From positions 79,752 through 143,751 of the forward strand of contig CAWEQC010000004.1 of NCBI GenBank assembly GCA_963811145.1: a stretch of 64,000 nt of DNA, written 5' to 3'. The position numbers were made by a program, and so were the translations under genes. Source of the stretch: an uncultured Chloroflexia bacterium. Lineage in GTDB: Bacteria > Chloroflexota > Limnocylindria > QHBO01. This document shows, piece by piece, positions 55,438 through 64,000 of the stretch (its first letter is position 1; each line of letters opens with the position of its first letter). Under the pieces are notes generated by a model. That model saw nothing but the letters and a program-made list of their open reading frames with translations, was not told the origin of the DNA and made no database searches.

Positions 55438-56940
55438 ATGGCCGACGATTACCTCCTCCGGATGGAGGGGATCTCCAAGTCGTTCCCGGGGGTGCAGGCA
55501 CTCGACGATGTCCACCTGGAGGTCCAGGCCGGTACGGTCCACGCGCTGATGGGCGAGAACGGGGCCGGCAAGTCCACCCTGATGAAGGTTCTCATCGGGA
55601 TGTACCAGCCTGACGAGGGGACCATCACCCTTGCGGGCGAGCCGATTCAGATAAGCGACACGGCAACTGCGCTGCGGCTCGGGATCTCGATGATCCACCA
55701 GGAGCTCTCCCCGGTCCCCGAGATGGCGGTTGCCGAGAACATCTACCTCGGCCGCGAGCCCGTCAACCGGTTCGGGCTCATCGACAAGCGGCGCATGACG
55801 GCCGACACCAGGGCACTACTCGGCCAGCTCGACCTTCACATCAACCCCCGATGGCCGATGAAACGGCTGAGCATCGCCCAGACCCAGATGGTCGAGATCG
55901 CCAAGGCGATCTCGTACGACTCCCGCCTCATCATCATGGACGAGCCGACGTCAGCGATCACCGAACGGGAGGTCGACCATCTCCATCGGATGATCAAGTC
56001 GCTCCGCGAGTCGGGTGTGGCGATCATCTACATCACCCACAAGCTCGACGAGGTCTTCGAGGTCTCGGACTTCGTCACGGTCTTCCGTGACGGCAAGCAC
56101 GTCAGCACCGTCCCGGCCGCCGAGCTGGATCGGGACAAGCTGGTCACGCTCATGGTCGGACGGGAGCTGACCCACATGTTCCCGAAGGCCGATGCACCCA
56201 TCGGCGAGGTGGCGCTTTCGGTGCGTGGCCTCAGCCGGCGTGGCGTGCTCGAGGACATCACGTTCGAGCTGCGCGGAGGCGAAATCGTGGGCCTCGCCGG
56301 TCTGATGGGCGCCGGTCGCACGGAGGTGCTCGAGGCGATCTTCGGCATCACCCCGATCGACGGCGGCACGATCGAGATCATGGGCAAGACCCGGCGAATC
56401 CGAAGCCCGGCCGACGCGATCGCCCACGGCCTCGCGCTGCTCACCGAGGATCGCAAGCGGACCGGGATCATGGGCGTGCTGTCGGTCCGCGACAACATGG
56501 CGATCGCCAGCCTCCCGCGGTTCAGCCCGGGCGGCGTGCTCCGCAAGCGTCAGATCGACGATGCGTGCCGGGCGCAGGCCAAGTCCCTGGCGATCAAGAC
56601 CCCGTCGCTTCGTCAGCTGATCAAGATGCTGTCGGGCGGTAATCAGCAGAAGGTCCTCGTCTCTCGCTGGCTGCTGACGACCCCGGAGATCCTGATGATC
56701 GACGAGCCAACGCGGGGGATCGACGTCGGCGCCAAGGCGGAGATTCATCGCCTCATCTCCCTGCTGGCCGGCCAGGGCAAGGCGATCCTGATGGTTTCCT
56801 CCGAGATGCCGGAGATCCTGGGCATGAGCGACCGGGTGCTTGTCATGTGCGAGGGCCGCCTGACCGGCGAGTTCTCGCGCGCGGAGGCGACCCAGGAGCG
56901 GATCATGCACGCGGCCACCGCGACCGCCGCGGTGGCGTAG
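55438..56940 (+). CDS. Sugar ABC transporter ATP-binding protein (duplicated ATPase, RbsA/MglA type)
   Basis: Two ABC halves: GENGAGKST / [15 protein letters not shown] / IIMDEPT and GLMGAGRTE / [15 protein letters not shown] / [10 protein letters not shown]. Confidence 0.9.
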   Translation: MADDYLLRMEGISKSFPGVQALDDVHLEVQAGTVHALMGENGAGKSTLMKVLIGMYQPDEGTITLAGEPIQISDTATALRLGISMIHQELSPVPEMAVAENIYLGREPVNRFGLIDKRRMTADTRALLGQLDLHINPRWPMKRLSIAQTQMVEIAKAISYDSRLIIMDEPTSAITEREVDHLHRMIKSLRESGVAIIYITHKLDEVFEVSDFVTVFRDGKHVSTVPAAELDRDKLVTLMVGRELTHMFPKADAPIGEVALSVRGLSRRGVLEDITFELRGGEIVGLAGLMGAGRTEVLEAIFGITPIDGGTIEIMGKTRRIRSPADAIAHGLALLTEDRKRTGIMGVLSVRDNMAIASLPRFSPGGVLRKRQIDDACRAQAKSLAIKTPSLRQLIKMLSGGNQQKVLVSRWLLTTPEILMIDEPTRGIDVGAKAEIHRLISLLAGQGKAILMVSSEMPEILGMSDRVLVMCEGRLTGEFSRAEATQERIMHAATATAAVA

Positions 56941-56952
56941 GGGGCCGGGTCG

Positions 56953-57966
56953 ATGAGCAACTTCAGGCAGTCCGCGCGCGACTACGTCACCCGCGACCGC
57001 CTCGGAGAGTGGCTCCGCACCTACGCGATCGTGGTGATCCTCATCGGGATGATCGTGATCCTGGCGGTGCTCACCGGCGGCCGGTTCCTCGGTGCGCAGA
57101 ACCTCATCAACATCGTCCGGCAGGTGTCGGTGATCGCGATCCTTGCGATCGGCATGACCGTCGCCATCATCTCGACGGGCATTGACCTCTCGGTCGGATC
57201 GATCGTCGCGCTGTCGGCGGTGGTCGCTACCAGCCTCGCCCAGTCACCGGACGCGACGAACCTCATGTACCCCGGGCTGTCGCTGCCGATCTTCGTGGCG
57301 ATTGGGGCGGGCCTGCTCGTCGGCGCCGCAGCCGGCTTCACGAACGGCTTCCTGATCTCCAGGTTCCGCATCGCGCCGTTCATCGCGACGCTCGGGATGA
57401 TGACCGCCGCCCGAGGTCTGGCCCTGATCTACAGCGACGGCCGGCCGATCAGCAAGCTGAGCGACGAGTTCAACTTCATCGGACAGGGCTCGATCGTGGG
57501 GATCCCGGTACCGATCATCCTGCTGCTGGTCGTGGCGGTCGGGGCCCGTCTGCTCCTGAACAACACTCGATTCGGGCGGCACGTGTACGCGTTGGGCGGG
57601 AATGAGCAGGCGGCCCGCGTGTCCGGTATCAACGTCAGCCGGGTCAAGATCGGCATCTACACCTTCTCCGGGCTCCTGGCGGGCCTCGGCGGCATGATCG
57701 TCGCCGCCCGGATCGGTTCGGGAAACCCGCAGCTCGGGACCGGCGCGGAGCTCGACGCGATCACGGCCGCCGTCATCGGCGGCACCAGCTTCTCCGGCGG
57801 CATCGGGACGGTGTGGGGCACGATTGTCGGCGCCCTGATCATCGGTTCGCTCAACACCGGCCTGGACCTGCTGAACGTGTCACCGTTCACGCAGCAGGTC
57901 GTGAAGGGCGTGATCATCGTGCTCGCCATCATCATCGACGAGCGGAAGAACCGCGGGGCTTCGTGA
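56953..57966 (+). CDS. Sugar ABC transporter permease (RbsC type)
   Basis: 337 aa, about 10 TM helices. ...[10 protein letters not shown]...ARVSGINV...[14 protein letters not shown]. Confidence 0.9.
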   Translation: MSNFRQSARDYVTRDRLGEWLRTYAIVVILIGMIVILAVLTGGRFLGAQNLINIVRQVSVIAILAIGMTVAIISTGIDLSVGSIVALSAVVATSLAQSPDATNLMYPGLSLPIFVAIGAGLLVGAAAGFTNGFLISRFRIAPFIATLGMMTAARGLALIYSDGRPISKLSDEFNFIGQGSIVGIPVPIILLLVVAVGARLLLNNTRFGRHVYALGGNEQAARVSGINVSRVKIGIYTFSGLLAGLGGMIVAARIGSGNPQLGTGAELDAITAAVIGGTSFSGGIGTVWGTIVGALIIGSLNTGLDLLNVSPFTQQVVKGVIIVLAIIIDERKNRGAS

Positions 57967-58005
57967 GCGACGCATGGGTCTGGTAGCGACAGCCCGGATC
58001 TCGTC

Positions 58006-58917
58006 ATGACCGACGACGCCCTGCGCATCGGCACGGCCCCCGACTCATGGGGAGTGTGGTTTCCCGATGATCCCCGGCAGACTCCCTGGCGCCGCTTCCT
58101 GGACGAGGTCGTGACAGCCGGGTACGTGTGGATCGAGCTCGGGCCGTACGGATACCTTCCGACCGATCCGCACGAGCTCGAGGACGAGCTTGGATCGCGT
58201 GGCCTCAAGCTTGCGGCGGGCACGGTCTTCACGGGGTTCCACAAAGGGCCGGACCAGTGGGATCGCGCGTGGAAGCAGGCGCTCGAGGTCGCCGGCCTGG
58301 CGTCGAAGCTCGGCGCCCAGCACCTGGTTGTGCTTCCCGATCTCTGGCGCAGCGACGCAACCAGCGAGGTCCTCGAAGCGCGGACGCTCGATGACGAGCA
58401 GTGGAAGCGCCTGGCGACCGGTCACGACCGACTCGGGAAAGCGCTGCTCGAGGAGTTCGGCATGAGGCAGCAGTTCCACTCGCATGCCGATAGCCACGTC
58501 GGCACCGAGCGAGAGGTCGAGCGCTTCCTGGCCGAGACCGACGAGCGGTACACCAACCTGTGCCTGGACACGGGCCACTACGCCTACTACGGCGGCGACA
58601 ACCTCGCGCTCATCAGGCGACATCCGTCGCGCATCGGGTTCCTGCACCTGAAGCAGGTCGACCCGGTACTGCTCGTCGACGTCCTCAGGAACGACGTGCC
58701 CTTCGCAACGGCGGTTGGGCAGGGGATCATGACCGAGCCGCCGAAGGGGGTGCCCGAGCTGGGGCCGATCATCGAGGCGGTCGCCGATATCGACCCGCAG
58801 ATCCCGGCAATCGTCGAACAGGACCTCTATCCGACCCATCCCGATGTGCCGCTTCCCATAGCCACCCGCACGCGGGAGCACATCTTCGCGACGACGACGC
58901 GAGCTCGGGTCGACTGA
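58006..58917 (+). CDS. Xylose-isomerase-like TIM-barrel protein (inosose dehydratase IolE-like)
   Basis: LRIGTAPDSWGVWF...LGAQHLVV...FHSHADSHV...CLDTGHYAYYGGD...VEQD pattern of the AP_endonuc_2 / IolE family. The specific activity is not certain. Confidence 0.75.
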   Translation: MTDDALRIGTAPDSWGVWFPDDPRQTPWRRFLDEVVTAGYVWIELGPYGYLPTDPHELEDELGSRGLKLAAGTVFTGFHKGPDQWDRAWKQALEVAGLASKLGAQHLVVLPDLWRSDATSEVLEARTLDDEQWKRLATGHDRLGKALLEEFGMRQQFHSHADSHVGTEREVERFLAETDERYTNLCLDTGHYAYYGGDNLALIRRHPSRIGFLHLKQVDPVLLVDVLRNDVPFATAVGQGIMTEPPKGVPELGPIIEAVADIDPQIPAIVEQDLYPTHPDVPLPIATRTREHIFATTTRARVD

Positions 58918-58940
58918 CGCCACGAAGGAGGACGCGAACC

Positions 58941-60872
58941 ATGGCCAACGGGGATCTCCGCGTCGCCGTGGTGGGCGCTGGCATGATGGGCGGCGACCAC
59001 GTCGCACGAATCGCCGAGCGGATCAGTGGGGCGAACGTCGTCACCATCGTCGAGCCAGATGCGGCGCGCGCCAACGCGGCGGCCGCGATCGCCCCGGGTG
59101 CGGCCGTCCGAGCCGATATTCGGGATGCGCTTGACGGCGACGACCTCGACGCGGTCCTCATCGCCACCCCGGGACCCTTCCACGAGCCCGTGCTGCTGCC
59201 GTGCCTCGAGGCCGGTCTCGCGATCTTCTGCGAGAAGCCGCTCACCCCGGACAGCGAGTCGTCGCTCCGAGTCCTCGAGGCGGAACAGCGACTCGACCGG
59301 CCGCACATCCAGGTCGGCTTCATGCGCCGCTTCGACGCGGAGCACATCGTGCTCCGGCAGCTCATCGCGTCCGAGGAACTTGGCCGCCTGCTCCTCATGC
59401 ACTGCGCGCATCGCAACCCTTCGACACCTCCCACCTACACCGAGGCGATGCTGATCACCGACTCGGTGGTCCACGAATTCGACTCCGTCCCCTGGCTCGC
59501 CGGCGAACGGATCGTGTCGGTCGAGGTCAAGAGGCCGCGGCGCAACTCGCTTGCGCCGGCCGGCCTGGGCGATCCGCAGCTGGTGTTCATCGAGCTCGAA
59601 TCGGGGGCGATCGCGAGCGTCGAGATCAACGTCAACGCGCAATTTGGCTACCAGGTGACGGCCGAGGCCGTGATGGAGCGCGGCGTCGCAAAGATCGGCA
59701 GGACCGCCGCCCTGGAGTCATGGCGTGACGGACGCTGGGGAGGCGCGGAGCACATGACGTTCAAGACTCGGTTCGGCGCGGCTTTTGACGTCCAGGTCCA
59801 GCGCTGGGTCGACGCGACTCACCGGAAGGAGATCGACGGGGCAAGCGCCTGGGATGGTTATCTGGCTGCGGCCGCCTGCGAGGCCGGCGTGGCTGCGCAG
59901 CAGACGGGCAATCGAGTCGAGGTGACGACCGTCGCGAAGCCCGACTTCTACGCGCCGACGGCCGGCGGCGGTTGGATGATGAGAATCGCGTTCGATCCCA
60001 CGCCGCTGCACTCGACGCATTCGTTCCTCGAGTTCCCACGCGTCACCGCAGACCTCGGGTACGAATGGATCCAGCTCACGCCGCACGCGGACTTCCTGCC
60101 GTTCTTCCGCTACCCGCGCGTCGACCGCGAGCTGCTGCGGGCCACGAAGCAGGCGGTCGCAGAAGCCGGCATCGGGATCTCCTCGCTGCTGCCGCTCCAA
60201 CGCTGGTCGTCGCCCGACGAGCGGCAGCGCGAGGCCGCCGTCCGCAACTGGAAGCGGACCGTCGAGATCGCGGTCGAGCTCGGGGTCTCCGTGATCAACA
60301 CGGAGTTCAGTGGCCGCCCCGAGCGGTCCGAGGATTCCGAGGCGGCCTTCTTTCGATCGATGGAGGAGCTGCTGCCGATCTTCGAGCAGGAGGGGCTTCG
60401 GATCAACATCGACCCGCATCCAGACGACTTCGTGGAGAACGGGGTGGAGGCAGTTCGGATCATCCGCGCACTCGACAGCGACCACGTTGGATTCGCCTAC
60501 GTAGCCTCCCACACGTTTCACTACGGCAACGACGCACGCGGGATCATCGGCGCCGCCGGCGCACGGCTAGGTGCCGCGTACGCAGCCGACACGTTCGACC
60601 ACACTCGCTCCCACGGCCTGCGCTACATCACCAACCCGCCGGGCAATCCGGCGCGCGTGCATCAGCACCTGCGCATCGGGGACGGCGACGTCGACTGGCC
60701 CGAGCTCTTCGGCGCGCTCGCCGAGAGCGGCTTCCTCGATCGCGAGGACGCGCTGATCGTCTCGAACGTGTTCGCGGAGGATGAGCGCTGGGAGGAAGTC
60801 TCGAAATTCCAGCTGCAGGCGATCAAGGATGGCGTCGCGGCCGCTACCGCCTCGGCGCGGCGATCTGGCTAG
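58941..60872 (+). CDS. Apparent fusion: Gfo/Idh/MocA oxidoreductase (inositol 2-dehydrogenase-like) + sugar-phosphate isomerase/epimerase TIM barrel
   Basis: ATG at 58941 after GAAGGAGGA. LRVAVVGAGMMGGDH...CEKPL...GFMRRFD (IolG-like) to about 59975. From ATGATG at 59976, MMRIAFDPTPLHS...NTEFSGRP...NIDPHPDDF... (TIM barrel). There is no in-frame stop between the two. Confidence 0.8.
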   Translation: MANGDLRVAVVGAGMMGGDHVARIAERISGANVVTIVEPDAARANAAAAIAPGAAVRADIRDALDGDDLDAVLIATPGPFHEPVLLPCLEAGLAIFCEKPLTPDSESSLRVLEAEQRLDRPHIQVGFMRRFDAEHIVLRQLIASEELGRLLLMHCAHRNPSTPPTYTEAMLITDSVVHEFDSVPWLAGERIVSVEVKRPRRNSLAPAGLGDPQLVFIELESGAIASVEINVNAQFGYQVTAEAVMERGVAKIGRTAALESWRDGRWGGAEHMTFKTRFGAAFDVQVQRWVDATHRKEIDGASAWDGYLAAAACEAGVAAQQTGNRVEVTTVAKPDFYAPTAGGGWMMRIAFDPTPLHSTHSFLEFPRVTADLGYEWIQLTPHADFLPFFRYPRVDRELLRATKQAVAEAGIGISSLLPLQRWSSPDERQREAAVRNWKRTVEIAVELGVSVINTEFSGRPERSEDSEAAFFRSMEELLPIFEQEGLRINIDPHPDDFVENGVEAVRIIRALDSDHVGFAYVASHTFHYGNDARGIIGAAGARLGAAYAADTFDHTRSHGLRYITNPPGNPARVHQHLRIGDGDVDWPELFGALAESGFLDREDALIVSNVFAEDERWEEVSKFQLQAIKDGVAAATASARRSG

Positions 60873-60970
60873 ACCTGCTCGACGCGATCGGTATCGTTGA
60901 GCGCGGCGAGGGGATCAAGGTCACGATCGAGCCCTGAATCCGGGGCGAGCCACTACACGGAGGAAATGTC

Positions 60971-61243
60971 ATGGCGCTCCGCGAGGTCATCGTTGGCTCT
61001 CGGGTCGGTCTTCATGCCCGACCGGCGGCCCTGTTCGTGAAGGCGGTCGCCGAGCAGCCGGTGAAGATCACCATCCGCAAGGGCGACGGGCCCCCGGTCG
61101 ACGCACGCAGCATCCTCCGCGTCCTGGCGCTGGGGGCGAAGAACGGCGACACAGTCGTCCTCGAAGCCGATGGGGACGGCGCGGAGGAGGCGCTGGACGC
61201 AGTCGCGATCGTGGTCGCCGAGGACCACGACGATCCGGCCTGA
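60971..61243 (+). CDS. ptsH: Phosphocarrier protein HPr
   Basis: 90 aa. VGLHARPAALF (His-15 site) and ...ARSILRVLALGA (Ser-46 region). Confidence 0.9.
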   Translation: MALREVIVGSRVGLHARPAALFVKAVAEQPVKITIRKGDGPPVDARSILRVLALGAKNGDTVVLEADGDGAEEALDAVAIVVAEDHDDPA

Positions 61244-61250
61244 GGATGAC

Positions 61251-62912
61251 GTGACGACGGTGGATGGGGCGCCGCCAGCCTCTGCGACGCCGCAACCGCT
61301 CAAGGGGATCGGCGTGTGCGCCGGCGTCGCCGCCGGCCCGGTGGCACTGATGGGCGCGCCCCCACGACTGCCCGCACAGCGGCCCACGGTCACCGATGCC
61401 GAAGCCGAGGCCGATGCGGCCGTCGCCGCCCTCACCACGACCGCCGAGGACCTCGAGCACAGGGCGTCGACGACGGACATCCCGGGCGCCGCGGATGTGC
61501 TCGAGGCGACGGCGATGATCGCGCGTGACCCATCCCTCGAGGAGGCGATCCGATCGGCCATCGGCGAAGGTGAGCCGGCGGCGTGGGCGGTCGACCGTGC
61601 GATGGTCGAGTTCCGTGCAATGCTCCTCGACCTCGGCGGCTACATGGCCGAGCGGGTCGGAGACCTCGACGATGTCCGCGACCGTACCCTTGCCCGCCTG
61701 CTGGGGCAGCCGATGCCAGGCGTGCCCGAGCGGGACACGCCATTCATCCTCGTCGCCGACGACCTGGCGCCGGCCGACACGGTGACGCTGACGCCTGAGC
61801 GCGTGCTCGCCCTCGTAACCGTTCGAGGCGGCCCCACCAGCCACACGGCGATCCTTGCCCGCAGCCTCGGGATTCCGGCCGTGGTCGCCGCTCCCGAAGC
61901 GGCTTCACTGCATGAGGGCGAGCTCGTCGCGGTCGACGGGGGTGCGGGCGAGATCCTCGTCGGGATCACGGCGGAGGAAGCGGCGGAGGCGAACCGGAAC
62001 GAAGGCGAACGACGCGCGGCGCGCGCGGCCAGCCGGGGTCCGGGTCGCACCGCTGACGGGCATCACGTCGCACTGCTTCTCAACATCGGGGACGCGGCCG
62101 GAGCGGCATCGGTGGCGAGGGTCGATGCCGAGGGAGTCGGCCTGTTCCGTACCGAGTTCCTCTATCTCGACCGGCAGGACGCGCCATCGGTCGACGAGCA
62201 GGTCGCCCTCTACACGAGTGTCTTCGAGGCGATGGACGGCCGCAGGATCGTGGTCAGGACGCTCGACGCCGGTGCCGACAAGCCACTGCCCTTCCTCGAT
62301 CAGGAGGGGGAGCCGAACCCGGCGCTCGGCGTGCGCGGGCTCCGCATCGCGCGCCGCTCACCGGAGGTGCTCGCCGATCAGCTCAGTGCCCTGGCCCTCG
62401 CGCAGCGAGCGACCGGCGCGGTCGTGTGGGTCATGGCGCCGATGGTGGCCACGGCCGAGGAGACGAAGGGGTTCACCGATCTTGCCCATGAGCACGGCCT
62501 CCCGATCGCGGGTGCCATGGTCGAGATCCCATCGGCCGCCCTGCGCGCTGCGGATCTGCTCGAGCACGCCGACTTCCTGAGCATCGGTACCAACGACCTT
62601 GCCCAGTACACGCTGGCGGCGGACCGCATGGCGGGCGAGCTGGCCGATCTCCTCGACCCGTGGCAACCCGCGCTGCTCGATCTCATCCGGATGACCGCGG
62701 AGGCGGGTCTCGCGGCGGGCAAGCCCGTCGGCGTGTGTGGCGAGGCCGCCGCGTCGCCGCCGCTGGCCTGCGTCCTGGTCGGCCTCGGCATCACCAGCCT
62801 GTCGATGTCGGCCCCGGCCGTCGCCGACGTCCGCGATGCCCTGGCCGCCGTCACCCTCGCCGAGTGCCGCGAGATGGCCGCGGCGGCCCTGGCCGGGCGC
62901 CGCTCGGCCTGA
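61251..62912 (+). CDS. ptsI: Phosphoenolpyruvate-protein phosphotransferase (PTS enzyme I)
   Basis: GTG start 8 nt after the ptsH stop. GGPTSHTAILARSLGIPAV (phospho-His), GLFRTEFLY, SIGTNDLAQYTLAADR, CGEAA. Confidence 0.9.
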   Translation: MTTVDGAPPASATPQPLKGIGVCAGVAAGPVALMGAPPRLPAQRPTVTDAEAEADAAVAALTTTAEDLEHRASTTDIPGAADVLEATAMIARDPSLEEAIRSAIGEGEPAAWAVDRAMVEFRAMLLDLGGYMAERVGDLDDVRDRTLARLLGQPMPGVPERDTPFILVADDLAPADTVTLTPERVLALVTVRGGPTSHTAILARSLGIPAVVAAPEAASLHEGELVAVDGGAGEILVGITAEEAAEANRNEGERRAARAASRGPGRTADGHHVALLLNIGDAAGAASVARVDAEGVGLFRTEFLYLDRQDAPSVDEQVALYTSVFEAMDGRRIVVRTLDAGADKPLPFLDQEGEPNPALGVRGLRIARRSPEVLADQLSALALAQRATGAVVWVMAPMVATAEETKGFTDLAHEHGLPIAGAMVEIPSAALRAADLLEHADFLSIGTNDLAQYTLAADRMAGELADLLDPWQPALLDLIRMTAEAGLAAGKPVGVCGEAAASPPLACVLVGLGITSLSMSAPAVADVRDALAAVTLAECREMAAAALAGRRSA

Positions 62913-62918
62913 GGACCA

Positions 62919-63749
62919 TCAGCGCTCGTAGCCCGACTCGTACGATCGGACCCTGTCCCCGGCCGCCGATGGCACGCGTGCCCGCCAGATACCGACCGCC
63001 TCGAACTCCATCGGTACGTCGACCAGGATCAGCTCGCTGGTTTCGGACGCGCGGATGGTCAGCCCTGGCTGACCGGTGACCTTGGCGGCATCGCCGGTCG
63101 CGACCTCCTCGCCGTCGAAGGTGGCCGCCCCGTCGATCAGGTACGCGTAGGCGCCACGCCCCTCGCCGATGGCGTGGACGACCTCGATGCCCGGCTCGAG
63201 CCGGGCGACATGGACCGATGCGTCCTGGTGCACCTTGACGGCGTCGCCGCCGTCGGGAGAGATGACCTCGAGCAGCCGATTGGTGCGGTCCCCGGTGCTG
63301 AAGACCTTCTGCTCGACCTCGGGTTTCAGGTCGGCAGTGTCCGGCAGGATCCAGATCTGGATGAAGCGCATCGGCTCATCCGCGGAATCGTTCGCCTCCG
63401 AGTGGAGCGCGCCCGATCCGAGCGTCATGCGCTGGACCGATCCGGCGGGAAGCGGACCATACGCCCCGCCGACGTTGTCGTGGTGCCCGAAGCTCCCCTC
63501 GACGACATAGGTCAGGCCTTCGACGTCGCGGTGAGGGTGGAGGGGCCAGGTGGCGCCGGGGACGAGGCGGTCGTCATTGAAGACACGCATGGCGCCGAAG
63601 GCATCGTTGTGCGGGTCGCGGTACCGATCGAAGCTGAAGTGCCAGCGAGCGCGGAACCAGCCGCCCTCGGTGTCGAAGATCTCGCTATCGCGACGAATGG
63701 TGATCAAGTGCCGCTCCCTGGGCAGTCGGGCGGGCCGTAACCGCTCCAT
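62919..63749 (-). CDS. Pirin family protein
   Basis: 276 aa. ...HPHRDVEGLTYVVEG...MTLGSGALHSE...IQIWILP in a bicupin layout. Confidence 0.9.
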   Translation of the reverse strand: MERLRPARLPRERHLITIRRDSEIFDTEGGWFRARWHFSFDRYRDPHNDAFGAMRVFNDDRLVPGATWPLHPHRDVEGLTYVVEGSFGHHDNVGGAYGPLPAGSVQRMTLGSGALHSEANDSADEPMRFIQIWILPDTADLKPEVEQKVFSTGDRTNRLLEVISPDGGDAVKVHQDASVHVARLEPGIEVVHAIGEGRGAYAYLIDGAATFDGEEVATGDAAKVTGQPGLTIRASETSELILVDVPMEFEAVGIWRARVPSAAGDRVRSYESGYER

Positions 63750-63942
63750 GGTGCCACTCTCCAGAGGGGCGAGATCTCCACCTTTGCGAGCCGGCGCGCC
63801 GAAGTTGTGGAGAAGTTAGTGGACATACCCCTTTCGGTGCGAGGCCGCGCAGGCCTACGATCGCCGCCGGCCATCATTCTCATCGACAAGGCCGATCTTC
63901 GGGATTCATCCATCTCCGTCCCAACCCTGGAGGGTGTGCCAC

Positions 63943-64000
63943 ATGACGCAGCGACCGCCCCTGCCCGACGCTGTCACGCGGCCCGTACCGGCGGGAGAGC
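63943..64000 (+). CDS. 5' end of an unidentified gene (truncated by window edge)
   Basis: ATG at 63943 preceded by GGAGGG at an appropriate distance. Only 19 codons are visible. Confidence 0.3.
   Translation, partial: MTQRPPLPDAVTRPVPAGE

Noticed and set aside
60873-60970. Short reading frame ...LLDAIGIVERGEGIKVTIEP-stop just upstream of ptsH, considered as a remnant of a PTS or Dha component.
   Set aside because: It is only about 20 codons long with no start codon and no recognisable family. It is more likely plain intergenic sequence carrying the ptsH ribosome-binding site (cggaggaaatgtcATG).

Overview
Very GC-rich (about 70% by eye) chromosomal segment from a Terrabacteria-type genome, probably Actinomycetota or Chloroflexota. 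The hints are an F420/LLM-type oxidoreductase, SLH domains, Tat-type lipoprotein signals and frequent ATGA/GTGA start-stop overlaps. It holds about 55 protein genes and one tRNA-Glu(CUC). I saw no rRNA, CRISPR array, transposase or integrase. Main blocks: (1) 0.1-9.3 kb, small redox and regulatory genes, an SLH protein and an orphan VWA protein. (2) 9.4-19.1 kb, minus strand, a spermidine/putrescine ABC importer (PotABCD type) with a dual-HTH cupin regulator, a class-III aminotransferase and an orphan receiver, followed by a GcvT-like/FAD-oxidoreductase pair. (3) 20.6-27.9 kb, two paralogous membrane-anchored DxDGDG-repeat proteins flanking an acetoacetyl-CoA synthetase. (4) 27.9-41.2 kb, minus strand, an eight-gene translationally coupled cluster: giant membrane protein, ABC ATPase, ABC-2 permease, coiled-coil protein, MoxR, DUF58 and two BatA/BatB-like VWA proteins. 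This is the best candidate for a poorly described system. (5) Orphan histidine kinase, queG, DUF1015. (6) tRNA-Glu followed by a 2.2-kb islet bounded by a perfect 20-bp copy of the tRNA 3' end, then a lower-GC accessory stretch (adhesin, XRE pair, decayed LuxR, PAS-EAL, PAS-PAS). (7) A sugar/inositol ABC and Iol-like cluster, then ptsH-ptsI and a pirin gene. A striking feature is a local pile-up of pure frameshifts (about 25 or more) between 22.4 and 31.7 kb, which could be real decay or unpolished assembly. Many long ORFs in the track are antisense GC artefacts and are not called.
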